DNA of 64,000 bases from Candidatus Spongiisociaceae bacterium. Its GTDB lineage: Bacteria; Actinomycetota; Acidimicrobiia; Spongiisociales; Spongiisociaceae. Each line of letters opens with the position of its first letter. The stretch's first letter is position 1. The stretch lies in NCBI GenBank assembly GCA_965219685.1, contig CBDCOH010000002.1:2368001-2432000 (forward strand), written 5' to 3'. Below the pieces are notes generated by a model. It was not told the origin of the DNA and did no database searches. It worked only from the letters and a program-made list of their open reading frames with translations. A program made the translations under genes and the position numbers. Shown here piece by piece: positions 8,999-19,770 of the stretch.

Positions 8999-10506
8999 GC
9001 GGCGGCTCCGGTCATGTAAGCGCCGAGCTCGCGGGGGTTGACCAGCGCCGGATCAAGCCGGGCCACGATTTCGCCGCGCAACATGACCAGCAGCGTGTCG
9101 CTCAGCCCTATCAACTCCTCCAGGTCGGCGGAGATGAGCAGCACTCCCAGACCGTCGGCCCGCGCGCGGCGGAGTTCCTCCCAGATCGCCGCCTGCGATC
9201 CCACGTCGATGCCCCGTGTGGGGTGGGCCGCGATCAGCGGGTTGCATCTTGTAGCCATCTCCCGGCCCACGATCAGTTTCTGCTGATTCCCCCCCGAGAG
9301 GGCGTGGATGGGCGTCGAGACACCCGGAGTTCGCACGTCGAAGCGTCGGACCACACCCTCCGCATGATCCCTCGAGGCCTGCTCATCGATCCACAACCGG
9401 GAACTGCAGAACGGCTTGCTGGTCTGGTGACCCAGAATGCTGTTCTCCCAGACGGGCGCCGGGAGCAGCAGGCCTCTTCGGTGCCGATCCTCGGGTATGT
9501 AACCGAGTCCGGCCTCCCGCCTCCGACGCACAGACCACTCGGTTACATCCTCTCCATGCAGGCTGATCGACCCGGTGGTGACCGGTGTGATCCCGAGGAT
9601 GGCCTCGACCAATTCGCCCTGGCCGTTGCCCTCCACACCCGCCACCCCGACGATCTCACCGGTGTGCACGGCGAAGTCGACGTCGCGAAGCCTGGTCACC
9701 CCGGCGTCGTCGACCGCCGAGATTCCCCGGACCTCGACCACCGTCTCCTCGGTGTCCGTCGAGACACGCGCTCCCGGGGTGGGGAGCTCCGAGCCGACCA
9801 TCAACTCGGCGAGGTCGTGGGCGGTCACGTCGGCGGGATCCACGGTGGCGACCGAGCGCCCATGGCGGAGCACGGTGATCGTGTCGGCTATCGCCAGCAC
9901 CTCATCCAGCTTGTGATCGATGAATATGATCGTGTGGCCCTCCGCCTTGAGTTCCCGCATGTTGCGGAACAACTCCTCGACCTCCTGGGGGACGAGCACC
10001 GCGGTGGGCTCGTCGAGGATCAGGATGCGAGCCCCCCGGTAGAGGATCTTGATGATCTCGATCCGCTGGCGCTCACCCACCTCGAGCGTGTCGGCCGTGT
10101 CGTCAAGGTCCAACTGCAGGCCGTAGGCATCACCGAGCTCCTGGAGCCGGGCCCGGGCGGTGGGGAAGTCGATCACGGCGCCCTTGCCCGGTTCGGCACC
10201 CAGGATCACGTTCTCGAGGACCGTGAGGTTGTCGGCCAGCATGAAGTGCTGGTGGACCATTCCGATCCCGGCGTCGATCGCTTCCTTCGGGGAGGTGAAG
10301 TGCCGCTCTTCCCCGAAGATCTCGATCCGGCCCTCGTCTGCGGGCTGCATCCCGTAGATGATCTTCATCAGGGTTGACTTGCCCGCACCGTTCTCCCCAC
10401 AGATGGCGTGGATCTCGCCCGACCGGACCGTCAGGTTCACGTTGTCGTTCGCCACCACACCGGGGAAACGCTTGGTGACCCCCTCAAGCCGGATCGCGGC
10501 TGTCAT
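8995..10506 (-). CDS. Nucleoside ABC transporter ATP-binding protein (two NBDs)
   Basis: GENGAGKS, LILDEPT, GVEGNGQ, LSGGNQQK. Confidence 0.96.
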   Translation of the reverse strand: MTAAIRLEGVTKRFPGVVANDNVNLTVRSGEIHAICGENGAGKSTLMKIIYGMQPADEGRIEIFGEERHFTSPKEAIDAGIGMVHQHFMLADNLTVLENVILGAEPGKGAVIDFPTARARLQELGDAYGLQLDLDDTADTLEVGERQRIEIIKILYRGARILILDEPTAVLVPQEVEELFRNMRELKAEGHTIIFIDHKLDEVLAIADTITVLRHGRSVATVDPADVTAHDLAELMVGSELPTPGARVSTDTEETVVEVRGISAVDDAGVTRLRDVDFAVHTGEIVGVAGVEGNGQGELVEAILGITPVTTGSISLHGEDVTEWSVRRRREAGLGYIPEDRHRRGLLLPAPVWENSILGHQTSKPFCSSRLWIDEQASRDHAEGVVRRFDVRTPGVSTPIHALSGGNQQKLIVGREMATRCNPLIAAHPTRGIDVGSQAAIWEELRRARADGLGVLLISADLEELIGLSDTLLVMLRGEIVARLDPALVNPRELGAYMTGAAA

Positions 10507-10543
10507 ACGTCCATCTGTCGAACAGCCAACCGGATCCTCCTGA

Positions 10544-12610
10544 TCAGCCCTGGTAGTCCGCCGGGTCCCTGCTCACGATAACGGCCCCGGACACGATCTG
10601 CTCCTTGAAGGCGTCCAGTTGGGCGGCGATGTCGTCGACGAACCCACCCGAAGTGGAATACCCCACTCCGTCGACCGACAGGTCGAACACCTGCGGCCCC
10701 GCCTGGAAAGTGCCGGTCTGGACCGCCTGGATCGTGTTGAACACCGCCACATCCACCCGCTTGAGCATCGAGGTCAGGATGTAGGACTGGAAGTCTCCGG
10801 CGGTCAGGTACTGGTCCGAGTCGACTCCGATGGCCCACACATGGGTGTCGTTGGCCTCCGAGTAGTCCTTGGCGGCCTGGAAGAGACCGGCCCCGGTGCC
10901 GCCCGCCGCGTGGTACACGACATCAGCGCCCTGCTCGAACATGGACTGGGCGATCACCCGGCCGGCCGCCGGATCGTTGAAGCCACCGAAGTCGGGGGGC
11001 TCGGTCACGTACTGCGAGAGAATCTGTATGGATGGATCCACGGCCTGCACACCCGCCAGGAACCCGGCCTCGAAAGCATGGATCAACGGGATGTTGACCC
11101 CGCCTATGTAGCCGACTATCCCCGACTCGGTCTTCAAGGCCGCGGCGGCGCCCACCAGGAAGGATCCCTGCTCCTCTGCGAAGATCAACCCGGCCACGTT
11201 GGGGGCGTCGACCGTCGAGTCCACGATGGCGAAGTTGGTCTCGGGGAACTCGGCCGCCACATTGGCCATCGGCTCACCGAACAGGAACCCGACCCCTATC
11301 ACGAGGTTGGCGCCTTCCGAGGCCTGGAGCGCCAGCAACTCCTCACGGTTGGTCCCGTCCTCGTTGGCCGAAGCCTCTGACGTTCCGACCGAGAGCTCGG
11401 CCGCCGCCCGGTCGAGACCCGCCGCCGCGGCATCGTTGAACGACTGGTCACCGCGACCGCCGATGTCGTATACCAACCCGATGTTCACGGGCTCACCCGC
11501 CTCCACCGCCGGGGGCGGGGCTATCGCGAGATCGGCCGGATCCCGGGTGACCGAAATCTGGCCCGAGACGATCCTGTCCTTCCAGTTCTCGAGCTGGCCG
11601 ACGATGTCGTCGACGAACCCACCCGAGGTCGAGTAGCCGACCCCGTCGACCGACAGGTCGAAGACCTGGGGACCCGCCTCGAAGGTACCGTCCTGGACAG
11701 CCTGGATCGTGTTGTATACGGCCACATCCACCCGCTTCAGCATCGAAGTCAGGATGTAGGACTGGAACTCACCGGCGGTCAGGTACTGGTCCGAGTCCAC
11801 CCCGATCGCCCACACATGGGTGTTATTGGCCTCCGAGTAGTCCTTTGCGGCCTGGAAGAGACCGGCCCCGGTGCCGCCCGCGGCGTGGTACACGACATCG
11901 GCGCCCTGCTCGAACATCGACTGGGCCACAACGCGGCCTGCCGCCGGATCGTTGAAACCGGCGAAGTCGGGAGGTTCGGTCACGTACTGAGAAATGACCG
12001 CTATGTCGGGGTCGATGGCCTGGACACCGGCCAGGAAGCCGGCTTCGAAAGCATGGATCAGTGGGATGTTGACACCACCTATGAAACCGACGGTGTTGGT
12101 CTCGGTCTTGAGTGCCGCAGCCACACCCACCAGGAACGATCCTTGCTCCTCGGCGAAGATCAACCCCGCCACGTTGGGAGCGTCCACGACCGAATCCACG
12201 ATGGCGAAGTTGGTCTCGGGGAACTCGGCCGCCACATTGGCCATCGGCTCGCCGAACAGGAACCCGACCCCGAACACAAGGTCGGCGCCCTCCGACGCCT
12301 GGAGCGCCAGCAACTCCTCACGGTTGGTCCCGTCCTCGTTGGCCGAAGCCTCCGAGAACTCGATGCCCAACTCGGAAGCGGCCCTATCGAGACCCGCCGC
12401 CGCCGCATCGTTGAACGACTGGTCACCCCGACCACCGATGTCATAGACCAAGCCGATCCTGATCGGCTCACCGGCCGGGACCTGGGTGGCTGCCGCGGTG
12501 TCGGAGGTCGCCTGGGCTGCGGTCGTACCCGGCTCCTCTTCGCCCCCACAAGCCGCTGCCAGCAGCGCTAAGGCCGCCAGCACGTAAAACAACCTCGTCT
12601 TCATCCGCAT
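10544..12610 (-). CDS. BMP-family (PnrA/TmpC-like) substrate-binding lipoprotein with two tandem BMP domains
   Basis: Lipobox LAAAC. GGRGDQSFN...FAEEQGSFLVG...WAIGVDSDQ...TSMLKRVD occurs twice, 325 aa apart. Confidence 0.95.
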   Translation of the reverse strand: MRMKTRLFYVLAALALLAAACGGEEEPGTTAAQATSDTAAATQVPAGEPIRIGLVYDIGGRGDQSFNDAAAAGLDRAASELGIEFSEASANEDGTNREELLALQASEGADLVFGVGFLFGEPMANVAAEFPETNFAIVDSVVDAPNVAGLIFAEEQGSFLVGVAAALKTETNTVGFIGGVNIPLIHAFEAGFLAGVQAIDPDIAVISQYVTEPPDFAGFNDPAAGRVVAQSMFEQGADVVYHAAGGTGAGLFQAAKDYSEANNTHVWAIGVDSDQYLTAGEFQSYILTSMLKRVDVAVYNTIQAVQDGTFEAGPQVFDLSVDGVGYSTSGGFVDDIVGQLENWKDRIVSGQISVTRDPADLAIAPPPAVEAGEPVNIGLVYDIGGRGDQSFNDAAAAGLDRAAAELSVGTSEASANEDGTNREELLALQASEGANLVIGVGFLFGEPMANVAAEFPETNFAIVDSTVDAPNVAGLIFAEEQGSFLVGAAAALKTESGIVGYIGGVNIPLIHAFEAGFLAGVQAVDPSIQILSQYVTEPPDFGGFNDPAAGRVIAQSMFEQGADVVYHAAGGTGAGLFQAAKDYSEANDTHVWAIGVDSDQYLTAGDFQSYILTSMLKRVDVAVFNTIQAVQTGTFQAGPQVFDLSVDGVGYSTSGGFVDDIAAQLDAFKEQIVSGAVIVSRDPADYQG

Positions 12611-12756
12611 GGTTCCAATCCTCCTACTCCGAACCCCGGCAGGGATATCGCACCAGCATTCTACGCCTCTCTTGGTTTGCTAGCCAGCGAACGGAAGATT
12701 GGTAGCGGGTATTGATGCGGTTCCCAACGTAAATATAACAACTACCACAGGTCGTT

Positions 12757-12784
12757 AACAACCGATAACAGATAACGGATAACT
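12757..12784. repeat. Degenerate heptamer repeat (GATAACN x3 plus AACAACC) directly after the clpC stop
   Basis: aacaacc-gataaca-gataacg-gataact. Confidence 0.7.
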
Positions 12785-12785
12785 G

Positions 12786-15278
12786 CTACGAGCCGGAGTC
12801 GACCAGGTCGACAGGCGGGATGTCGGGAGTGTCGACCATCTCGAAGACCAACTCCTCGCCCTCGGGGTCGGTGTCCACCACGATGGTGGTTCCAGACGGA
12901 TACTCCCCGAGCAACACCTGCTCGGCCAGCGGATCCTCCAGGTACCGCTGTATCGCCCGCCTCAGCGGACGGGCGCCCAACTCCCGGTCGTATCCCCTCC
13001 GCACCAGGAAGGTCTTGGCGGAGTCGGTCAACACGAGGTCGAGCGCCTGGGTGGCGAGCTGTTCGCGATCCCTCACCAGCAGCAGGTCGACGATCTGCTT
13101 CACCTCGTCCTCGGTAAGGCGGTGGAAAACGATCACCTCGTCGATCCGGTTGAGGAACTCGGGGCGGAAGTGGCGCTTCAACTCGTCGGTCAACTTCTGC
13201 TTCATCTTCTCGTAGCTGACCTCGTCGTCCTCCTGCTGGAAACCGACCGACCGCTTGCGCAGGGAGTGGGATCCCAGGTTGGAGGTCATGATGATCACCG
13301 TGTTCTTGAAGTCGACGGCGCGGCCCTGAGCGTCCGTCAACCGACCGTCCTCGAGGATCTGGAGCAGCGTGTTGAACACATCGGAGTGAGCCTTCTCGAT
13401 CTCGTCGAACAGGACCACCGAGAAGGGCTTCCGGCGGACCGCCTCCGTGAGTTGCCCACCCTCGTCGTATCCCACGTAACCGGGCGGGGACCCGACCAGG
13501 CGGCTGACCGTGTGCTTCTCCATGTACTCGGACATGTCGAGTTGGATGAGCGAGTCCTCGTCCCCGAAGAGGAACTCCGCCAGCGCTTTCGCGGTCTCCG
13601 TCTTGCCCACTCCCGACGGCCCGAGGAATATGAACGAACCGCTGGGCCGTTTGGGATCCTTCAGTCCGGCTCTCGTGCGACGGATGGCCCGGCTGACCGC
13701 CGAAATCCCATCGTGCTGACCGATGATGCGTTTGTGCAGTTCCTCCTCCATGTGCACAAGGCGGGCGGTCTCCTCCTCGGTCAGGCGATGAACGGGGATC
13801 CCGGTCCACTGCGCCAGCACATCGGCTATCTCGTCCTCGTCGATGACCCAGTCGTCGGCTGCCGAACCCGTGCCCAGCTCGGAGGTCCGCCTGGCGCGAT
13901 CCGACAGCAGGGACCTCTCCTGGTCCCGCAACTGCGCCGCCCGCTCGAACTGCTGGGCGGAAACCGCCTTGAGCTTGTCGTTCCTCACCGCGCTCAACTG
14001 GTCGTCGATCTGCTTGAGCTGCGGGCTGGAACTGCGCCGGAAGATGCGGTTGCGGCTTCCGGCCTCGTCGATGAGGTCGATGGCCTTGTCGGGTAGGAAC
14101 CGATCGGAGATATAGCGGTCGGCCAGGTTGGCGGCCATCTTCAGCGCACTGTCCGTGAACCGTACGGAGTGATGGGCCTCGTAGCGATCCTTGAGGCCGT
14201 GCAGGATGAGAACCGTCTCCGCAACGGTCGGTTCGTCAACATGGATCGGCTGGAACCGGCGTTCGAGCGCCGAGTCCTTCTCCAGGTACTTCCGGTACTC
14301 CTCGAGGGTGGTGGCGCCGACCGTCTGGAGTTCGCCACGGGCCAGCATCGGCTTGAGGATGCTGGCGGCGTCGATGGCGCCCTCGGCGGCGCCCGCCCCG
14401 ACCAGCGTGTGGATCTCGTCGATGAACAGGATGATGTCACCCCGGCTCTTGATCTCCTTAAGGACCTTCTTGAGCCGCTCCTCGAAGTCTCCGCGATACC
14501 GGGAGCCGGCCACCAGGGCGCCGAGGTCCAGCGTGTAAATCTGCTTGGCGCTGAGCGTGTCGGGAACCTCTCCCGCCACGATGCGCTGGCCCAGGCCCTC
14601 CACGATGGCGGTCTTGCCCACACCCGGTTCGCCGATCAGGACCGGGTTGTTCTTCGAGCGCCGGGAGAGAATCTGCATCACTCTCTCGATCTCGGTCTGG
14701 CGCCCGATCACCGGGTCCAACACGTGGTCACGCGCCATCTGGGTGAGGTTGCGACCGAACTGGTCCAGCACCGTGGACCCCGACGCGGTGGACCCCCGGC
14801 CGGACGGCGCGGTGCTGGCAGGCGCCGGATCGTCGCCCCCGGACGCCCCAGACAGCAACTGGATGACGGTATGGCGGACCTTGGGGAGGTCGGCGCCGAG
14901 TTTCTCCAGGACCTGGGCGGCGACGCCATCCCCCTCCCGGATCAGGCCGAGGAGTATGTGCTCGGTGCCGATGTAGTTGTGGCCCAATTGCAGCGCCTCG
15001 CGCAAGCTCAACTCCAGCACCTTCTTGGCGCGCGGCGTGAAGGGTATGTGGCCGGACGGGGACTGATGTCCCTGGCCGATCGTCTCGACCACCTGGCTAC
15101 GCACCGAGTCGAGACGGATGCCGAGGCCCTGGAGCGCACGAGCGGCCACACCCTCACCCTCATGAATGAGGCCGAGCAGGATGTGCTCCGTGCCGATGTA
15201 GTTGTGGTTGAGCAGCCGGGCCTCTTCCTGTGCCAGGACCACGACCCGGCGGGCCCGGTCGGTGAAGCGTTCAAACAC
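12786..15278 (-). CDS. clpC: ATP-dependent Clp protease ATP-binding subunit ClpC
   Basis: [22 protein letters not shown]-domain; two AAA+ modules ([16 protein letters not shown]); UVR-like middle coil. Confidence 0.98.
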   Translation of the reverse strand: MFERFTDRARRVVVLAQEEARLLNHNYIGTEHILLGLIHEGEGVAARALQGLGIRLDSVRSQVVETIGQGHQSPSGHIPFTPRAKKVLELSLREALQLGHNYIGTEHILLGLIREGDGVAAQVLEKLGADLPKVRHTVIQLLSGASGGDDPAPASTAPSGRGSTASGSTVLDQFGRNLTQMARDHVLDPVIGRQTEIERVMQILSRRSKNNPVLIGEPGVGKTAIVEGLGQRIVAGEVPDTLSAKQIYTLDLGALVAGSRYRGDFEERLKKVLKEIKSRGDIILFIDEIHTLVGAGAAEGAIDAASILKPMLARGELQTVGATTLEEYRKYLEKDSALERRFQPIHVDEPTVAETVLILHGLKDRYEAHHSVRFTDSALKMAANLADRYISDRFLPDKAIDLIDEAGSRNRIFRRSSSPQLKQIDDQLSAVRNDKLKAVSAQQFERAAQLRDQERSLLSDRARRTSELGTGSAADDWVIDEDEIADVLAQWTGIPVHRLTEEETARLVHMEEELHKRIIGQHDGISAVSRAIRRTRAGLKDPKRPSGSFIFLGPSGVGKTETAKALAEFLFGDEDSLIQLDMSEYMEKHTVSRLVGSPPGYVGYDEGGQLTEAVRRKPFSVVLFDEIEKAHSDVFNTLLQILEDGRLTDAQGRAVDFKNTVIIMTSNLGSHSLRKRSVGFQQEDDEVSYEKMKQKLTDELKRHFRPEFLNRIDEVIVFHRLTEDEVKQIVDLLLVRDREQLATQALDLVLTDSAKTFLVRRGYDRELGARPLRRAIQRYLEDPLAEQVLLGEYPSGTTIVVDTDPEGEELVFEMVDTPDIPPVDLVDSGS

Positions 15279-15453
15279 GACCCCGTCAACCTCCGTGGGT
15301 TCAGCGGCTCTGCTTCCTACACGTACAAGCTTAAGCCCACTTGGTACTTACGTTAGGACTATACCCCCCATGAGCGACGTCGCGCGATCTGGATCGTCCC
15401 TCCGACCCGCTTACCATAGGCGAAGTAGGTGACCGGAGTAGGCAGCGGCAGAG

Positions 15454-16449
15454 ATGATGACCAACGTCCTGCGGGACTTCATCGACATCCCCCGACTCTG
15501 GGAGCGGATCGACCGCGTGGAGGAACGGCTCTTCGAGGTCTCCACCTCCGACGACCCGTTCCTCACCGAGATCGCCCAGCACCTGCTGGCTGCCGGCGGC
15601 AAGAGGTTCCGTCCCGTCCTCTCCCAGTTGGCAGCCGAGTTCGGACCCGCCCGTGACGATCGGTTGATCGAGGCCGGAGCGGCCGTCGAGTTGATCCACG
15701 TCGGCTCGCTCTACCACGACGACGTGATCGACGGTGCGGAGACACGCCGGGGAACGGTGTCGGTGAACACCAAGTGGGGGAACGCCCAAGCGATCCTAGC
15801 CGGCGACTTCCTCATCGCCAGGGCGTCGGAGTTGGCGGCCGCCAGCCTGGGCCTGGAAACCGTGAGGCTCCTCGCCCGTACCTACACGGACTTGGTCGCG
15901 GGACAGGCCCTGGAACTACGGTTGACCGGCGACCTGGCCCACGGACCTGCCGAGCACTACCGGGTGATGGGCGGCAAGACCGCCAGCCTGATAAGAACCG
16001 CGGCGCGCATGGGCGCCCTTGCCGCCGATGCGCCCTCCCGGTACGTGGAGGCGCTGTCCGTCGCCACGTGGGAACTGGGAATGGTGTTCCAGATCACCGA
16101 CGACGCCCTCGATCTCGTGGCCACCGAAGAACAGCTGGGCAAGCCCGCCGGCAGCGACATCCACCAGGGCGTGTACACCCTTCCCGTTCTCCGGGCGCTC
16201 GAAGGTCCGTCGGGCGCCCGGATCTCGGCGCTCCTGGCCGGCGGCATGCCTTTCGCGGAATCGACGGTGGCGGAGGTGATCGACCTCGTGCAGGAGGGCG
16301 GATACATCGAGGAGATCATCGACGAGTGCGTGAGCCGCCTGGACGTCGCTTCGGGGGCGATCGCCTCGCTGCCGGACATCGAGGCCCGTTCGGTCCTCCA
16401 AGAGATGGGTAGCTTCCTCGTGAACCGGGTGGAAGTGGTTGGTTGCTAG
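15454..16449 (+). CDS. Trans-polyprenyl diphosphate synthase
   Basis: GGKRFRP, FARM HDDVID..RRG, GKTASL, SARM FQITDDALD, GKPAGSD. Confidence 0.95.
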   Translation: MMTNVLRDFIDIPRLWERIDRVEERLFEVSTSDDPFLTEIAQHLLAAGGKRFRPVLSQLAAEFGPARDDRLIEAGAAVELIHVGSLYHDDVIDGAETRRGTVSVNTKWGNAQAILAGDFLIARASELAAASLGLETVRLLARTYTDLVAGQALELRLTGDLAHGPAEHYRVMGGKTASLIRTAARMGALAADAPSRYVEALSVATWELGMVFQITDDALDLVATEEQLGKPAGSDIHQGVYTLPVLRALEGPSGARISALLAGGMPFAESTVAEVIDLVQEGGYIEEIIDECVSRLDVASGAIASLPDIEARSVLQEMGSFLVNRVEVVGC

Positions 16450-16463
16450 TAATACTCAACCAT

Positions 16464-16540
16464 TCACCACTCACCACTCACCACTCACCATTCACCACTC
16501 ACCACTCACCATTCACCACTCACCACTCACCACTCACCAC
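16464..16540. repeat. Heptamer tandem repeat TCACCAY x11
   Basis: Nine TCACCAC and two TCACCAT units between convergent genes; the last unit includes the lysS stop codon. Confidence 0.97.
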
Positions 16541-18057
16541 TCAGGGCGGAGATGGGGGAACAGGACCACTTCCCGTAGGGTCCGCTGATCGGTGAGCAGC
16601 ATCACCAGGCGGTCGACCCCGATCCCAAGTCCCCCTGTCGGCGGCATACCCACCTCCAGCGCACGCAGGAAGTCCTCGTCGATCGGGTGTGCCGTGTCGT
16701 CCCCCGCCTCCCGCGCCGCGGCCTGCGCCTCGAAGCGACCTCGCTGATCCACAGGGTCGTTGAGCTCGGTGAACGCGTCGGCGTACTCGTTTCCCGCGAT
16801 GAAGAGCTCGAAGCGCTCCACGAGACCTTCCTTCGAGCGGTGACGGCGCGCCAGCGGCGAGATGTCGACGGGGTGATCGATCACGAACGTGGGGTCCCAC
16901 AGCCCGGGTACGACGCGGTGGTCGAAGACCTCCTCCACCAACTTCCCGAAACCCCAGGCGGGCTCGGGCTCCACCCCTGCTTGCTCGGCTAGCTTCCTGA
17001 GACGGGCAACGGAGGTCGAGGTCGTTACCGGTGTGTCCAAGGCCTCTCCGACCAAGTCCAGCATCGGCGCCCGGCGGTATGGAGGCCGGAGATCGATCTG
17101 GCGACCCTGATAGGTGATGCAGGACGTACCAACTGCGCGTTTGGCCACCGCCGGGATGACCTCCTCCATCAGTTGCATGATGTCGCGGTAGTCCGCCAGT
17201 GCCTGGTAGGCCTCGAGAGTCGTGAACTCAGGGTTGTGCGTGGCGTCGATGCCTTCGTTGCGGAACACCCGACCCAGTTCGAACACCCGCTCCATACCCC
17301 CCACCACCAGTCGCTTGAGATGCAACTCGGTGGCGATCCTCAGGTACATGTCTATCCCGAGTGCGTTGTGGTGGGTCCGGAACGGCCTGGCCAGCGCGCC
17401 TCCCGCCTGGACCTGGAGCACCGGAGTCTCCACCTCGATGAAGCCTCTTTTCTCGAACTGGCGCCGCAGCTCCGAGACCACCCCCGAACGCGTCTCCGCG
17501 ACGCGCCGAGCTTCGGGGTTGACCAGAAGATCCAGCTCGCGGCGACGGAAGCGGCCCTCCTTGTCGGTCAGGCCGTGCCACTTCTCGGGAAGGGGTCGAA
17601 GACCCTTGGCCAGCAGGGCGAACCCGGCCACATGCACACTGAGTTCGCCCCGACGGGTGGTCATGACCTCCCCTTTCGCCCACACCCAATCGCCCTGGTC
17701 GAGATCCCCGAACTCAGCGAGCGGGGAAGCACCGAGACCGCTCTCGTCCGCGAACAGCTGGATCCGGCCGGAGTGGTCCTGGAGCACCCCGAAGATCAAC
17801 CGGCCGAGCTGGCGCTGGTTCATCAGCCGCCCGGCGACCTCCACCACCTCGCCGGTCGTCGTGTCGGCTTCCAGGTCCGCGAATCGATGATGGAGTTCGC
17901 GAGCCGACGCGTTGCGCGTGTAGCCCAGCGGATAGGGATCGACTCCCTCCGAACGTAGCCGGGTCACCTTCTCCAAGCGGTTGGCCGTCAGCGGATGGTC
18001 TGCGAGGCCGAGACCTTCGGGGAGGTCCGAACCTGACGTTTCGCCGGGACTGTTCAT
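16534..18057 (-). CDS. lysS: Lysine--tRNA ligase (class II)
   Basis: OB anticodon-binding domain, FIEVETP, FRNEG..HNPEFT, GMPPTGGLGIGVDRL. Confidence 0.98.
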   Translation of the reverse strand: MNSPGETSGSDLPEGLGLADHPLTANRLEKVTRLRSEGVDPYPLGYTRNASARELHHRFADLEADTTTGEVVEVAGRLMNQRQLGRLIFGVLQDHSGRIQLFADESGLGASPLAEFGDLDQGDWVWAKGEVMTTRRGELSVHVAGFALLAKGLRPLPEKWHGLTDKEGRFRRRELDLLVNPEARRVAETRSGVVSELRRQFEKRGFIEVETPVLQVQAGGALARPFRTHHNALGIDMYLRIATELHLKRLVVGGMERVFELGRVFRNEGIDATHNPEFTTLEAYQALADYRDIMQLMEEVIPAVAKRAVGTSCITYQGRQIDLRPPYRRAPMLDLVGEALDTPVTTSTSVARLRKLAEQAGVEPEPAWGFGKLVEEVFDHRVVPGLWDPTFVIDHPVDISPLARRHRSKEGLVERFELFIAGNEYADAFTELNDPVDQRGRFEAQAAAREAGDDTAHPIDEDFLRALEVGMPPTGGLGIGVDRLVMLLTDQRTLREVVLFPHLRPEW

Positions 18058-18085
18058 CGGCCGCAAAGGGTACCGCAGGCGAGGC

Positions 18086-18868
18086 TCAGCGGTTCCGCTC
18101 CCAGATCAGGCGGAGACCCTCGAGGGTCAGGGTCTCGGCCACCGTCGACACGAGTCTGCACAACGGCACGATCACGGGAGCGATCCCGCCTGTGGCCACC
18201 ACGCTTATCACGCCACCGGCAGTAGCCGGCAGATGCTCGAACGTCCGCCCCAGGATTCCATCTACCAACCCGGCGTAGCCGTACAGGAGCCCGCTCTGGA
18301 TGGCTTCGACAGTGCCTTTGCCCACCACCGACCGGGGCTCGGTCAGATCGACCCTGCGCAGGGCCGCCGTCGCGGAGACGAGTGCCTCCATGGAGACCTC
18401 GAGACCCGGCGCGATGGCACCCCCGATGTAGTCGCCCGCACCGTCCACGACATCGAAGGTGGTCGCCGTCCCGAAGTCCACCACGACCACCGGGGCTCCG
18501 TAGCGCTCCCGCGCCGCCACCGAGTTGACTACCCGGTCGGCTCCCACTTCCCGCGGGTTGTCGATCTTGATCGCCATGCCGGTGCGCACCCCCGGACCGA
18601 CCACCAGCACCGGGGTTCCCACCAGGTCCTCAAGGGCCGCCTGGAGCGCCTTCGCCACCGGCGGGACCACCGACGACATCGCTGCTCCCTCGAAATCCCC
18701 GGCCTCGTAGACGGTCGGCGCGAGCAGCCCGCGCAGCAGGATCGCGAACTCGTCCCTGGTGCGCTCGCGGCCGCTGGAGAGCCGCCACTGCTGCACGACG
18801 CGGTGACCCGAGAGGATCCCGATGACCGTCTGGGTGTTGCCTACGTCTACGGCTAGGAACATGGTCAT
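18086..18868 (-). CDS. coaX: Type III pantothenate kinase
   Basis: LAVDVGNT, EVGADR, VVDFGTATT, ATGG. Confidence 0.97.
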   Translation of the reverse strand: MTMFLAVDVGNTQTVIGILSGHRVVQQWRLSSGRERTRDEFAILLRGLLAPTVYEAGDFEGAAMSSVVPPVAKALQAALEDLVGTPVLVVGPGVRTGMAIKIDNPREVGADRVVNSVAARERYGAPVVVVDFGTATTFDVVDGAGDYIGGAIAPGLEVSMEALVSATAALRRVDLTEPRSVVGKGTVEAIQSGLLYGYAGLVDGILGRTFEHLPATAGGVISVVATGGIAPVIVPLCRLVSTVAETLTLEGLRLIWERNR

Positions 18869-19770
18869 GGTTGGTGGGTGGTGGCTGGCGCTGCATCGTA
18901 CAGGACGCTGGGGCGCTCGAGGCAGACTCCCCGATCCGCCGTGGGACCGCGGTCATCGAAGGAGAGCCGGACGTTGTCAATGAGGCGTACCGGGCCGATG
19001 CGGGCCGCCACCGCCAGGACCACTCCCGCTTCGATACGCGAGACCGGCTCCACCGTCGTCGAGTCGAAGGCTTCGGCGTATTCGAGTTGGCCGGAGCGGA
19101 AGGCGTCCCGGACCGTCCCCGCCAGAACCTCGGCCCGGTACTCCCCCGTTTCGAACATCGTCGCGGCTTCCATCAAGCCACGCGACAGGCCCAACGCGTC
19201 CGGGCGGTGTTCGCCTAGGAAGACGTTCCGGGAAGACAGTGCCAGGCCGTCCTGTTCCCTGACCAGCGGGCACCCGACGACCTCCAAGGGGAAGCCCAGG
19301 TCATGGGCCAGGCGTCTCACCAGCGCAAGCTGCTGGGCGTCCTTGCGCCCGAGATAGGCCCGGTCCGGCTGGAGCGCCGCGAACAGCCGGGCGACGACCG
19401 TCGCCACGCCATCCATGTGGCCGGGTCGGTGCGCACCTTCAAGGCGTTCCCCGATGCCCGCCACCGAGACCGTGGTCAGCGGCGCGGTCGGGAACATCTC
19501 GTCAGGATCCGGAATCACCGTCAGGTCCACACCGCACTCCGAGGCCAGGGCAAGATCGCGATCGTGGTCGACCGGGTAGCGGGCGAGGTCGGCCGCGTCC
19601 TCGAATTGGAGAGGATTCACGTAGAGCGTCACCACCGTCTGGTCGCACTCGGCAACCGACCTGTGCATGAGCGACAGGTGGCCCTCGTGGAAGAACCCCA
19701 TGGTCGGGACGAGTCCCACCACCCCGCTCGCCGACTCCCGGGCGGCCCCCATGGTGCGGATGACCCTCAT
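18865..19770 (-). CDS. panC: Pantoate--beta-alanine ligase
   Basis: VPTMGFFHEGH, VNPLQF, RPGH, GRKDAQQ, DGLALSSRN, RLIDN. Confidence 0.97.
   Translation of the reverse strand: MRVIRTMGAARESASGVVGLVPTMGFFHEGHLSLMHRSVAECDQTVVTLYVNPLQFEDAADLARYPVDHDRDLALASECGVDLTVIPDPDEMFPTAPLTTVSVAGIGERLEGAHRPGHMDGVATVVARLFAALQPDRAYLGRKDAQQLALVRRLAHDLGFPLEVVGCPLVREQDGLALSSRNVFLGEHRPDALGLSRGLMEAATMFETGEYRAEVLAGTVRDAFRSGQLEYAEAFDSTTVEPVSRIEAGVVLAVAARIGPVRLIDNVRLSFDDRGPTADRGVCLERPSVLYDAAPATTHQP

Noticed and set aside
13122-15356. Long antisense ORFs over clpC, ftsH, ABC and PDH genes
   Set aside because: Typical high-GC codon-bias shadows without recognisable motifs.
16464-16540. Possible CRISPR array (also 28274-28336)
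   Set aside because: Contiguous 7-mers with no unique spacers and no cas genes.
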